IMG/VR virus record: IMGVR_UViG_3300029922_000001
Coordinates: 377,499 to 441,498 of that record
DNA: 64,000 bases
Strand: one strand, 5' to 3'
Part shown: piece by piece, positions 31,244 to 41,999 of the stretch
Position numbering within the stretch: the stretch's first letter is position 1
Layout: the number at the start of each line of letters is the position of its first letter
Program-made: the position numbers and the translations under genes
The notes under the pieces: model-generated
The model's input: the letters and a program-made list of their open reading frames with translations, nothing else
The model's database searches: none
What the model was told of the DNA's origin: nothing

Positions 31244-32194
31244 ATGATTCAACAACTAGCATATACAATCGCCCGAAACGGCAACATTACAGTTTATGTG
31301 AACTTCAATCCTTATCATGTTAACGCTGAAGCGCCAAACTATGAGAAGGTTATGGAAATTCTCAAAAGCGATACCGCGACTAAGATTGATGATCTACTTG
31401 TCGCACTTGACGTAAGAGCGGCTTTGACCAGTCATCTCAGTAACTACATTACCATTGTTGACAATGAGTTGTATTACAAGGATACCGTCATCAACACAAC
31501 CTTGGCGGATCGTATTGTAGAATTCTTTCATAAGGGATATGCGATCAGCAACCTTATTAAGTTTTTCGAACGACTTCAAGCTAACCCTTCAGAAAGGGCA
31601 CAAATTGAACTTTTCAACTTTCTTGAGAAGAACGACTTGCACATTACCGATGATGGTTACTTCCTTGCATATAAGAAGGTAAGGTCTAATTACACTGACT
31701 TGCGAACCGGTACGTTTGACAATAGTGTAGGTGCAACACCTTGGATGGATCGTAACGAATGCGACGATAATGCAGATGAAGATTGTTCTCATGGACTTCA
31801 TGTTGGAACTTACAAGTTTGCTTATGGGTTTAGTAACAATTATGACAATAAGCTTATTCTTGTAAAGGTAGACCCAACGGATTGTGTATCTGTACCTAAG
31901 TCTGATGCAGGAAAGATGCGTGTATGTCAATACTTGGTTATTGCTGATGTCACTGGAAAGGACGGGGTAACTCCTGCTTTTGTTGCAGAATCAACAGTAA
32001 CACAATTGGCTCCAACTCCTACTCCAGTTGTTGCAACTGAAAAGAAGTTGTATCGGGACAAGCAGGGGCACTTTATCTCTAAGGAAAAATATGATGCACT
32101 TCATGTTGTCACTAACCAATTCCCTAATGGGGTAACACTGACAACAAATAAGTTGCCACAACGTGACAGTAAGGGTAGGTTCCTACCTAAGTAA
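31244..32194 (+). CDS. rIIB: rIIB-like protein
   Basis: F.ERLQANPS..A..ELF.FL....L.ITDDG.FLAYK.V...Y.D..TGTFDNSVG....M.R..CDDN....CS.GLHV, VKVDP.D.VSVP.....KMRVC.Y.V; C-terminal RD.KG.F motifs. Confidence 0.9.
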   Translation: MIQQLAYTIARNGNITVYVNFNPYHVNAEAPNYEKVMEILKSDTATKIDDLLVALDVRAALTSHLSNYITIVDNELYYKDTVINTTLADRIVEFFHKGYAISNLIKFFERLQANPSERAQIELFNFLEKNDLHITDDGYFLAYKKVRSNYTDLRTGTFDNSVGATPWMDRNECDDNADEDCSHGLHVGTYKFAYGFSNNYDNKLILVKVDPTDCVSVPKSDAGKMRVCQYLVIADVTGKDGVTPAFVAESTVTQLAPTPTPVVATEKKLYRDKQGHFISKEKYDALHVVTNQFPNGVTLTTNKLPQRDSKGRFLPK

Positions 32195-32272
32195 AAATCC
32201 CCAATGGGGAAAATCAAGGTATACTGGGAATGTAAGAAACATTCTCAGTAACGAGAAGAAAAATAGGAGACT

Positions 32273-34465
32273 TTGAACGGTACTATTAATATGATTCAAA
32301 AAGACACAGCAGGTAACGCAACAGTAGTAGGAATGAACGCGCAATCAGGATTTGCAATCCTTGCATCCGCGAAAGCATTCAAGATTTTGTCATCGGGTAT
32401 TTATAAGAATAAGATTCTTGCCCCAATTCGTGAACTTAGCACTAATGCAATTGACATTCATCGCAAGTTCAATGTTGACCGTCCTTTCGAGGTTCAACTT
32501 CCTAACAATCTTAATCCTCATTTCGTGGTCCGTGACTTTGGACCAGGTTTGTCTAAACTGCAAATTATGGGCGATAAGGAATTGGACATTCAAGGAATTT
32601 ACACTACGTATTTTCTTTCAACTAAGGAATCTGAGGCAGATCAGATTGGTTGTCTTGGATTGGGTACTAAATCCCCATTTGCTTATGTTACGTCTTTCAC
32701 TGTAACCTCTTACTTTGATGGTCTAAAATCAGTGTACGCTATGTACCTTGATGGTGATATGCCAAACGTTAACCTAGTCGGTAGTGAACCTTCTGATGAA
32801 CCCACCGGATTGGAGGTAAGCTTTGGAGTCAATGTCTACGACTTTGGTACGTTCCGAAACGAACTACAGAAACTTTATTCCTTCTGGACTGAGGCTGAGC
32901 GTCCTGTAGTAACTGGACAAACGGTATCTTATACCAATTACATGGAAGGTAAAACTAAGGGTAACGGTTGGTTCCTGTCAGATCAGACATACGGTAATCT
33001 GTTTAGTCGTGGTTACTTCCATGTAGTAATGGGGAATATCGCCTATAAGGTGAACTGTTATGATGGTCCTAATAAGGCTTTTGAAGAGATTGCAGAATAT
33101 AGCAATTTGATCTTCGAATGCGATCTTGGCGAAGTCAACTTTACTGCATCTCGTGAAGAGTTGGAGTTGGACAACAACACGGTTGCCGCAATTGTCAAGC
33201 GAATTGAAGACTTTAAGCAGAGCATTGTTGTTTCATTAGAGGAACAGGTTAACAATGCCGGTAGTCTTTGGAAAGCTAGACATCTTGTTGCAGATTTCAA
33301 AAAGTCTCACTCTCTGGTTAAGCGACATGATTTCAAATATCACGGTATGACTCTACTCTGGAATAATCGTGTTAAGTTCACTAAGACACCAATGGTACTT
33401 TATGTCCGAAATCACGATCAGAAGCTTCACAAGAAACAGGATATTACAAGTTTCTATATCGGAGATTCGTCCCGTAATACAACGTTCTATTTCAATGATC
33501 TTGAAAAGCCACAACATACGCATAGTCGAATGAACTTCCACCTTAGAACTCATAAGACTTCAAATGAAGTAGTATTGATTGACGGGGTAAGCTTCAGGGA
33601 TGCTAAAAGAATCTTTGGACTGTCAAAAGATCAGATCACTAGGGTTTCAACGCTTGACATTCCTGTAAGAACTCCACGAATGCGACGGGATAAGAATTTG
33701 GACTTTGATGATCAAATCGAATTCTGCAATAAGCACATTATGAAGTTAAGCTACTATCGTTGGGACGACTGCGTTCTACCTAAGAGCGAACCGGTTTACT
33801 ACTTTGTTGACCTGAAGGGACAAAAGCCACAATTTGAAGATGAAGAGATCACTAGTTTCGATAACGTAGTGCGATTTATGAGAGAATGCACTAGCTACGA
33901 TGTTACAACAGTGTATGGCGTTCGTGGTCCTGCTAAGAAGCTAGTCGAAAATTCAGATGCTTGGGTAAACATTTATGATCTTTTCAAGGTGGAACTAAAG
34001 AAGTATCTTGATAAGTATCCTCTTGCGGAATATGCAAGTAAGGACTATCTCAAGACTAATGTAATTAAAGAATTGTTGAAGATCAAAGAAGTGTTGGCTT
34101 TGAATCCGGTTACTGAGAATGGTGACATATGCAAGAAGATTACAAAGATTGAGGCTGACGTTATCGTTCCTTCAACCTGGGAATGGAAGATGGATTACTA
34201 CACTTTCCAGCGATTGGCTTATAAGATCGGAGTGAGTTTGCCAGAATCACACAATAAGGACACTACAACTCTTTCACAAGATGTTAAAGATATCCGTGTT
34301 GAATATGCTACACAATTCCCACTAATGCAGCATCTTAGCTATTCAGTTGAGGGTAAGAAGGAATACCTAAGACTTTGGGTAGTCGATCAAGAAGCTAAGG
34401 CACTTGCAAATACAGTTCAAGAATCAAAACTAGAGGATACCGTTCAAGTCTCACTGACAGTCTAG
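32273..34465 (+). CDS. rIIA: rIIA-like protein (N-terminal GHKL ATPase)
   Basis: AFKILSSGIYKNKILAPIREL.TNAID.H, VRDFGPGLS, Y.TYF.STK, IG.LGLG.KSPFAY, SRE.L; 730 aa next to rIIB. Start TTG 32273 or ATG 32291. Confidence 0.9.
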   Translation: MNGTINMIQKDTAGNATVVGMNAQSGFAILASAKAFKILSSGIYKNKILAPIRELSTNAIDIHRKFNVDRPFEVQLPNNLNPHFVVRDFGPGLSKLQIMGDKELDIQGIYTTYFLSTKESEADQIGCLGLGTKSPFAYVTSFTVTSYFDGLKSVYAMYLDGDMPNVNLVGSEPSDEPTGLEVSFGVNVYDFGTFRNELQKLYSFWTEAERPVVTGQTVSYTNYMEGKTKGNGWFLSDQTYGNLFSRGYFHVVMGNIAYKVNCYDGPNKAFEEIAEYSNLIFECDLGEVNFTASREELELDNNTVAAIVKRIEDFKQSIVVSLEEQVNNAGSLWKARHLVADFKKSHSLVKRHDFKYHGMTLLWNNRVKFTKTPMVLYVRNHDQKLHKKQDITSFYIGDSSRNTTFYFNDLEKPQHTHSRMNFHLRTHKTSNEVVLIDGVSFRDAKRIFGLSKDQITRVSTLDIPVRTPRMRRDKNLDFDDQIEFCNKHIMKLSYYRWDDCVLPKSEPVYYFVDLKGQKPQFEDEEITSFDNVVRFMRECTSYDVTTVYGVRGPAKKLVENSDAWVNIYDLFKVELKKYLDKYPLAEYASKDYLKTNVIKELLKIKEVLALNPVTENGDICKKITKIEADVIVPSTWEWKMDYYTFQRLAYKIGVSLPESHNKDTTTLSQDVKDIRVEYATQFPLMQHLSYSVEGKKEYLRLWVVDQEAKALANTVQESKLEDTVQVSLTV

Positions 34466-34512
34466 ATTCTAAGAAAATCCCCAACAATGGGGATTCGAGG
34501 TATATTAATTTT

Positions 34513-35029
34513 ATGAAGAATTCTAAAGTGATTGATTATTTACTATGTTTGTTTGATGGATATCAACATTGGGGAAGAAATCACGAAAAAGATAAATCCG
34601 ATAATAAAATTACTGTTATTCAATTTTATTATCCAAGTACATTTGATAAGTTAATGAATTCTTTATCTAATGGCATTGAAGATGGTGGTCAAATAATTAA
34701 TATTACAGATGAAATTATTGAATTACAACGTTCAGAAGATTTAATCACTATGACTGTTCAGGGTTGGATTTAAAAATCCCCAATAGAAAAATTCGAGGTA
34801 TATTTATTTTATGGGACATATGAGATTAACCTTTGAACAGAAGCAATTGATTAAGAAGCTAGATAAGCAATTGATTGAATTGTCTAAAAATCAAAAAGAG
34901 AATAAGAGAATCATCAATGACACTCTTAAACAGATTAATAATCTGTATAGCTTTTGCGACCATCAATATAAACATTTTAATCATACTGGAGAGTTGATAT
35001 GTGCTTATTGTGGTCACGTTCATGAGTGA
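34513..35029 (+). other. Hypothetical ORFs 34513..34773 and 34811..35029 (C..H...C..CG, like 27391..27594)
   Basis: Each has its own promoter copy. Confidence 0.65.
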
Positions 35030-35072
35030 TTTTAAAAATCCCCAATAAAGAATTAAGAGGTATACTGCCAAC

Positions 35073-35777
35073 ATGAAAACACTTAGATCGGTTGCAGCAA
35101 TTGAAAAATCGTCCAACTCGAAAATTGGAATTGCATCTACTACTTATGCTTCGCAAGAATCTTGTCCTAAGACTTGTATGTTCTATAATAACGGTTGCTA
35201 TGCAGGTTTGGGTCTAACAGGTATTCACACTAAACGATTAAACCGAAGTGGCGTTACTGACATTGTTGAGATTGCTAAGGCAGAAGCTGAAGGAATCCGG
35301 TCTTTGACAGGTTGTTACAATCTAAGAATCCATACGGTTGGGGATTGTAAGACTGATGAAACAGCTAAGATTGTTTCAGATGCGGCAAAGGATTTTATGT
35401 CAAAAGATGGCAAAATCGCTTGGACCTATACTCATGCTCATGATGTTAAACGTGAGTCATGGGGTAGCGTGAGTATCTTACGTAGTTGTGAGACTATCGC
35501 GCAAGTCAAGCAAGCACATAGCGATGATTATGCAAGTGCAATGGTTGTATCTGAGTTTGAATCTGATAAGCCTTATGATATAGGTGAGGGATTCACCGGT
35601 ATCCCTTGTCGCAATCAAGTTAATAAAGAGATTACTTGCACTAAGTGTAAGCTATGCTTTAATGATAAGGTCTTGCACAAGTCCAAAAGAGTCATCTTGT
35701 TCGCTAGTCATGGCACAATGAAGGGTACAGTTAATAAAACACTAAAAGTACTTAATCTCCCAAATGACAAAAACTAA
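35073..35777 (+). CDS. Cys-rich phage protein (gp88-like, probable Fe-S / radical-SAM-related fold)
   Basis: SCP.TC......CYA, LRIH.VGD, WTYTH, C..Q......C..C.LC. Confidence 0.55.
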   Translation: MKTLRSVAAIEKSSNSKIGIASTTYASQESCPKTCMFYNNGCYAGLGLTGIHTKRLNRSGVTDIVEIAKAEAEGIRSLTGCYNLRIHTVGDCKTDETAKIVSDAAKDFMSKDGKIAWTYTHAHDVKRESWGSVSILRSCETIAQVKQAHSDDYASAMVVSEFESDKPYDIGEGFTGIPCRNQVNKEITCTKCKLCFNDKVLHKSKRVILFASHGTMKGTVNKTLKVLNLPNDKN

Positions 35778-35779
35778 GA

Positions 35780-35812
35780 TTCAGGGAATGCAAATTCCCT
35801 GAATTAATTTTT
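35780..35812 (+). terminator. Intrinsic terminator
   Basis: TTCAGGGAAT-GCAA-ATTCCCTGAA plus T tract. Confidence 0.8.
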
Positions 35813-36105
35813 TAGCTTTTTATTGAGAACCATCTACTCTATTAGTGTATAGATAAAAGGTTTCCCCGAAAATGGGGAAACCTCCGAAATCCCAGCATTG
35901 ATAAGTCAATTACTCACAGCTAAAGCAGTGGGCTTGTTTTTGGTCGTGATAGGGGTTGCAGTCAGCACCATGACAATATTAGTATTGGGTTGGGTTGTAG
36001 GCATTGGGGTATTATTATTATTGTTTGCTATGGTTAACTGGTTTGTCAACATCTGTTGTCCACGTAAAATCCCCAATAGGTGAATTGAGGGTATACTAGA
36101 AACTT

Positions 36106-36178
36106 GTCCCGGTAGCTCAGTGGATAGAGCAACAGCCTTCTAAGCTGTGGGTCGCAGGTTCGAATCCTGTTCGGGACG
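36106..36178 (+). tRNA. trnR: tRNA-Arg (anticodon UCU), CCA not encoded
   Basis: Canonical cloverleaf: GTCCCGG/TCGGGAC, GCTC-AGTGGATA-GAGC, ACAGC-CTTCTAA-GCTGT, GCAGG-TTCGAAT-CCTGT; own promoter with -10 at 36092-36097. Confidence 0.95.
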
Positions 36179-36202
36179 CGAGATTTATGGTATAATAACA
36201 TC

Positions 36203-36445
36203 ATGACAAAAAAAGTATTTGCCTTCGTTATGACTATTAGCATTATTGGTGCTTTGCTATTTGGTTGTAGTTTTGGTACTCAAGATTCCGTTAATGTAAC
36301 ACCGATAATTTACACCTTTACCATTGATGGTAGAACCTATCAGTATCAAGATTGCACTTTCTATGAAAGTGGTCTTGCCCAATGTACTGATGATAAAGGT
36401 AAACAAGTTGATATTAGCGGTAGCTATAAATCAGTGGAAAATTAA
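36203..36445 (+). CDS. Small lipoprotein-like hypothetical protein
   Basis: Signal peptide with LFGC. Confidence 0.6.
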   Translation: MTKKVFAFVMTISIIGALLFGCSFGTQDSVNVTPIIYTFTIDGRTYQYQDCTFYESGLAQCTDDKGKQVDISGSYKSVEN

Positions 36446-36642
36446 TCCCCAATAAAAAAATAACAGGTATACTCTGATCATGAACACACACATTGAAGAT
36501 AAGATTTGGTCAAACGATGATCCAAAGATGAAGAAGGTTTTGACAATGGTTTGGGCTGTTAGTTTGGTGATCGCAATCGCCATTGCTTTGGTTACGCTTA
36601 TTGGTTAATCCCCAACGATTGGATTAAAGGTATACTGCACTT

Positions 36643-37749
36643 ATGAGTTCAAGATTCCACGTTGGAACCCTAACCAAAGCAAAACTTAAATCTCCACAGG
36701 TAGTACTACCTGTGAAGCAGAAGAAACTAGCCACCTTTCAAGAACGGGATACAATTCCTTCTACTGGTAATAAGGTAAGTTATCTTAACTCAATTAAGGG
36801 TCAAGAAAATCTAAAGGAGATGTTACAAATTCAAATAGATGCCTATAACAACTCTAAGGGTAGTGTAGGGCACTGGCTATTCACTGGTCCTTCAGGATTG
36901 GGTAAGACAAAGTTTGCTAACGCTTTTGCGGCTGATTTAGGACTGCCATTCTATCCGATTTTAGGTAATCGTATTAAGAAGTGGTCTGAAGTGGTCGCAC
37001 TGCTTTCTAGAGTTCAAGAGAATGATATTATCTTCATTGACGAAATTCATGCTCTTAGACCTATGTTCCAAAATAACTTTTATAACATCTTACAGAATTT
37101 TACTTTTGATGATATCGTTGAAGGTAGTGCTATAACCTATAAACTGCCTAAGTTTAGTTTATGGGGTGCCACTACTCATGTAGGTGATCTAAATGAAGCC
37201 TTAAAGAACCGTTTTACTGACATTGCGGAAATGGTCCCTTACACTCGAAATCAACTTACTAACATTATCGTAGAAACTGCTGCGAGTGAATTCGATGTTA
37301 ATATTAATAATGAACTGGCTTATAAGATGTCTAATCTAGTGCGTGGCACTCCTAGATACGCTGTAAACATGATTCGGACGTTAGTTAAGGTGTCGAAAGC
37401 ATATCAAACCGAAATTGATATAAAGGTTCTTACTAAAAGCTTGCAATTGAAGAATTTAGATCCGTTTCTAGGTTTAGATTTTACTGCACGTAAGTATCTC
37501 TTTGCTTTGTATGATAATGGGTCTATGGGAACGGCATCCATTGGTATCCACATTAATGAAGAAGAAAAAACTGTGATTGCATTAGAAAAATTCTTATTCT
37601 CTTATTTTGAAGTACCAGAACTTAACATTAAGGGACCATTGATTGTTAAAGGATTGGGTAAGAAACTTTCCCCTAATGGATTTAAGTACATTGATGGAAT
37701 TCGAAAGTTAAAACAGAGTGGGTGGTTTCTAGCTGAGAACTGGGATTAA
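36643..37749 (+). CDS. ruvB: Holliday junction branch-migration ATPase RuvB-like
   Basis: GQE.LK..L.I.I.A, H.LF.GPSGLGKT..A, IFIDEIH.L, F.L.GATT..G.L...L..RF, Y....L..I, RGTPR.A. Confidence 0.9.
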   Translation: MSSRFHVGTLTKAKLKSPQVVLPVKQKKLATFQERDTIPSTGNKVSYLNSIKGQENLKEMLQIQIDAYNNSKGSVGHWLFTGPSGLGKTKFANAFAADLGLPFYPILGNRIKKWSEVVALLSRVQENDIIFIDEIHALRPMFQNNFYNILQNFTFDDIVEGSAITYKLPKFSLWGATTHVGDLNEALKNRFTDIAEMVPYTRNQLTNIIVETAASEFDVNINNELAYKMSNLVRGTPRYAVNMIRTLVKVSKAYQTEIDIKVLTKSLQLKNLDPFLGLDFTARKYLFALYDNGSMGTASIGIHINEEEKTVIALEKFLFSYFEVPELNIKGPLIVKGLGKKLSPNGFKYIDGIRKLKQSGWFLAENWD

Positions 37750-37795
37750 AAATAGGATATTTCCCCAATAGGGGAATTCGAGGTATACTAAATCT

Positions 37796-40700
37796 ATGGA
37801 AAAAATAGAACGTTATAATTCAATCGTTAAAATCGGTTATAAGCAACCACTACCACAGAACGGTGAAGTTTTCAGACTTGTTAAAAATGTTTTCCATGAT
37901 GGTTTTAGTGTACATCAAACAAATATTGTAAATTCGAAAATCACCTATGATAGTGTGTTGCGAAAATCTAAAACTAAAAACCCATGTCAAAAGTTTTTCG
38001 ATAATCTTTAAGGGTATAATATATTCATTATGAATGTCGTACACTGTTCCCTTGTTGGTAGTCGAATGCATGGATTAAATACCGAAAATTCTGATTATGA
38101 TTATCGAACGATTTATAAAATGGATCTGAAAGATATTCTTGATCCTTTTATTAAACCTGAAGAAAAAAAGGTATTAGAAGATGGACAAGATGTTGAAGAA
38201 TTTGAATTAAGGCATTTTTTGAAGATGTTATGTGGAGGCAACGGTACCGCATACGAAATCCTTTGGAGTGATCAATACACAACGTCACCAGACTTTCAAG
38301 TATTCAAAGACAATAAGCACTGGTTCTTGAATACAAAGGGTATCTGTAATGCTCATATTGGTTATGCCGATTCTCAGCTAGAAAACTTTTTAGAGAAAGT
38401 CGAAAAAGATCCTACCGCATTAGATAAGTCTAATGCAAGGAATCGAATTCGAAAAGCTTCTGTAGCTGGTATCCGTATTCTATGTCAAGCAGAACAGTTG
38501 CTATTGACAGGTGATTTTGCACCAAAGATTGCTGACTATAATAAGAATGTAGCAGATTATCTATTGGAACAGAAGTACACTCCTGATGATCAGATTAATG
38601 CAGATTTTATCACTAGGAATATTGAGATAATCGAAGGACTGAAATTTGATGTAAAGAAACTCCATGAGAATGTTCCTGTAGTTCTGCCTCAATATGATCA
38701 GATTGTTGAAGCTTTGGTCGCAATTTATTCATAATATTAGGTATACTAAACATATGACAAAATTTTTAACGAATCTTTTGATTTTCTTGATTTGTGTTGC
38801 TATTGCTTTAGGCATTTCGTTCTATACACTTTGTTGTATTCTAGATCATAGAATCATTATGTAAAATTCCCCAATAGGGGAAACCGAGGTATACTCAGAT
38901 TATGGTTAAAATCGAATGGAAAGAGATTATTCATCCTAATAATTTTAGAGAAATGACAACAACAATTAATGGGGATAATTGGAGTGTGTATCAATTAACT
39001 TGGAGAACAAAATTTAAAGCACATAAAAACAAAACAAGTCAAAATCCAATTTGTTATCAACCTTTTGATTCTGAAGAAAAAGCAATTCAATTTGTAGAGA
39101 ACAAATATAATGGCTAACAATAGACGTAAGTGGCATTGCCTTGATTGTGGTAAAGATTGTGGATCAAAAGGTTTGTGTGAACATTATTTTATTCACACCA
39201 ACCTATGGATGCAAGCAGTTGGTAGCAATAAGGGAATGTTATGTGTTCAAGATCTTGAAAAAAGATTAGGTAGACAATTAACTCCTGCTGATTTTACAGA
39301 TTGCCACATAAACGATCCTAAAAAAAACACAATGTCCCCTAGACTTTTATCAAGAATCAGGGGTAAAATCCATGCATGATTGTGTATCGCGTAGAGACAG
39401 TTAGCGGGGTAGGACCCTACATAGAACGTAATGCACCACAAATACTTTATGATGCTGTAACCCATCCTTCATGCAGAAATGATGAATTGCCAGGATGTAA
39501 CAACTATAAGAAGGTAGAAGATAAACATTATTGGGGATTTCGAACGATTGAACAGTTGCATGATTGGTTCCATTACATTTATGAAAAATTTGAAAGACAT
39601 AGTTATGTAGTGGCTATATACAATGTCTCTAAAGATTATGTCTTGGAGTTTAAATCACAGTTAGTGTTTGAAAAAGATAAATCAGAATTGCAAGAAACAT
39701 TTCGTGTCAATAATTTCTTTGAGGCATTTAGTGGTGAGCATCAACTCTATTTGAATCTCCCCAACACAAAAATTGTAGGTATACTCTAACAATGAAAGGT
39801 ATTTTTGAAATTGAAACCAATGATCTTACTCAAATGATTCTATCAATGGGACATAAAGATTCATTAATGGTTTCATCTCAAAATGGTGATGATGGTGCAT
39901 ATGAATTTTATTGTATTCATGATTGTATTTTTATTTTCGATGATAATTTAGAACTTATTTTCTCTGTTAATAAAAATAAATATGAATTAACAATGTCAAT
40001 CAATGAAATTAAAAAATGGACTTAAAATCCCCAACACCAAAAAGAGAGGTATACTAGGAACATGATGATTTTCGAACTTTACAGGCGTTCTACTGGAATC
40101 ACGGTAGTAATAGCAAACACACTAGAAGAAGCAATAATTATGATTCGAAAAAGTGAGTTTGGTTATTTGTGGGACAATTTTGATGATAAGGAATTAGTTT
40201 CACATATAACAATCAGCAATTTTGTTGGATCTGGTATGGTTTTTGGTGAAAATACAAGCGATAGAGATTAATGGGATAATTTAGATAATCCCCAACACCA
40301 AAAAGAGAGGTATACTAGGAACATGAATACAATTCAAAATAAAGTACACGACAATAAGCCTTACAATGCGACTGCCGCATCTGCAAACGTGATTCGAGAC
40401 ACCCGCGCTAAGAATGCTACTACAAAATTCTTGACTTCGCTTGGTTACACGATCACCGACAACTTGGAGCGATACGCAAAGTACGACCTTGCGGCAAATC
40501 ACCCTACATTTGGTACTGTAAAGATTGAATGCGAAGATCGTCTAATCCGTGATTGGACTAATATGGTCACTCGTTCTTTCAATAAGTTCCGAATCTATAA
40601 GCGAAAGATTAATAAAGAATCTGAATGGTTGTTGTATGTGGCAACTTGTGGCGATGATTCTAATCTGATCTTGATTACGACTCATGATGCAATTAGCAAC

Positions 40701-41053
40701 TCTAAGGTAGTTATGATTACCAATAAGGGTTGGGGACAATTGGAACCGGTTTATGAAGTCGAACATACTGATTGGGTTTGCTACAATATGACAACTCAAA
40801 AGGTTGAATGGGGTGATAATCCTATCATCATGGGACTTCTAGGTAAGTAATGAATATTTACACAATCGAAAAAACGTCAAAAGGTTACACTTCTGTACTT
40901 GCTGAAACTCCAGAAGAAGCAGTACAGTACATTAGGGATACCACAAATCCTTATGCTTATCTTTGGAGTTGTTACCCTGATGATGAAATTATTATATCAT
41001 TTAAAGTTACCCCTTTCAAGGGTGGTGTATTGTCAAATATTGACTACTATTAA
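37796..41053 (+). other. Small hypothetical ORFs: 37796..38011, 38902..39117, 39110..39379 (CxxC..LC..D/CLE.RLGR), 39376..39789, 39792..40025, 40062..40271, 40323..40850 (possible PD-(D/E)XK), 40850..41053
   Basis: Co-directional and promoter-bounded. Confidence 0.65.
38030..38734 (+). CDS. Pol-beta-superfamily nucleotidyltransferase (RlaP / T4 NrdC.11-like)
   Basis: GSRMHGLNTENSDYDYR, D.E.FEL.HF...L..GN....EILWS, GYA..Q. Confidence 0.85.
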   Translation: MNVVHCSLVGSRMHGLNTENSDYDYRTIYKMDLKDILDPFIKPEEKKVLEDGQDVEEFELRHFLKMLCGGNGTAYEILWSDQYTTSPDFQVFKDNKHWFLNTKGICNAHIGYADSQLENFLEKVEKDPTALDKSNARNRIRKASVAGIRILCQAEQLLLTGDFAPKIADYNKNVADYLLEQKYTPDDQINADFITRNIEIIEGLKFDVKKLHENVPVVLPQYDQIVEALVAIYS

Positions 41054-41109
41054 GTATTGAGGGATTCGAAAGAATCCCCCAATACGAGTTTAAGAGGTAT
41101 ACTTAGATC

Positions 41110-41538
41110 ATGCTAGATGAAGCATTTTATTCAGCTTTCACAAGAAAAAAACTATTTAGCAGTTATATTAAAATAGGAGATTATTCTTTTCAAGAAGGTG
41201 CTGATCTAGTGTTAAACAAAACACGATTGGAGTTTACCTATCGTATGGGGAAAAATCCTTATAACGTAGTATTCCAAGCTAAGAAACTATCACGTACAGG
41301 CAAAAGACTACTAATATCTCATCCCTATTGCAAACATTGTGGAATAGAGGGTGTTAAGTGGGGATTAGAAGCTAAAAAATACCATGTTCAAATGATTCTG
41401 TATTCTGAGAACAATGTACCTCTAACCATTGATCATATTCTACCCAGATCAAAAGGTGGTTCTGATAGTCCAAAGAATTATCAAGTGCTATGTTATGCTT
41501 GTAATCAACGTAAAGCTGACTTTGAAAATCCCCAATAA
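41110..41538 (+). CDS. HNH endonuclease
   Basis: CKHCG ... [31 protein letters not shown]. Confidence 0.9.
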   Translation: MLDEAFYSAFTRKKLFSSYIKIGDYSFQEGADLVLNKTRLEFTYRMGKNPYNVVFQAKKLSRTGKRLLISHPYCKHCGIEGVKWGLEAKKYHVQMILYSENNVPLTIDHILPRSKGGSDSPKNYQVLCYACNQRKADFENPQ

Positions 41539-41562
41539 AGAAATTTGAGGTATACTCTTATC

Positions 41563-41985
41563 ATGGAAAACGCACAACTTTTTGCACAACGAGCTTATGG
41601 ATATGTCGGCAAGCAAACAGATCGTCCTAATAGTATAACTGATGAATGTGTAACTATTAATATTAATCATCAGGTAATAAAACGCCTTATTTGTATATTA
41701 CGTGATCATCCAAAGTATTCTATGACTGATAGATATTCTGAGTTTATCAGTGATATGATTGATAAAATCATTATGAATAAAACAACATTAAAAGGACTTT
41801 ATATACCCAAAGTTACAAAATCATTTTTTGTTATATCTCCAAATGGTGAAATTATTATAGTTAGCAATCAATCGAAATTTTGTAAAGATAACAATTTAGA
41901 CTCAACAAGTTTTAGTAGAATGCTTAACGGTAAAAGAAAATCATCTCAAGGTTGGACTAAATATATCCCCAATAAAGAAATTTAA
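41563..41985 (+). CDS. Protein with homing-endonuclease-type C-terminal DNA-binding module (NUMOD1-like)
   Basis: SPNGE....N...FC..N.L....FSRMLNGKRKS..GW. Confidence 0.55.
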   Translation: MENAQLFAQRAYGYVGKQTDRPNSITDECVTININHQVIKRLICILRDHPKYSMTDRYSEFISDMIDKIIMNKTTLKGLYIPKVTKSFFVISPNGEIIIVSNQSKFCKDNNLDSTSFSRMLNGKRKSSQGWTKYIPNKEI

Positions 41986-41999
41986 GGTATACTCTGATC

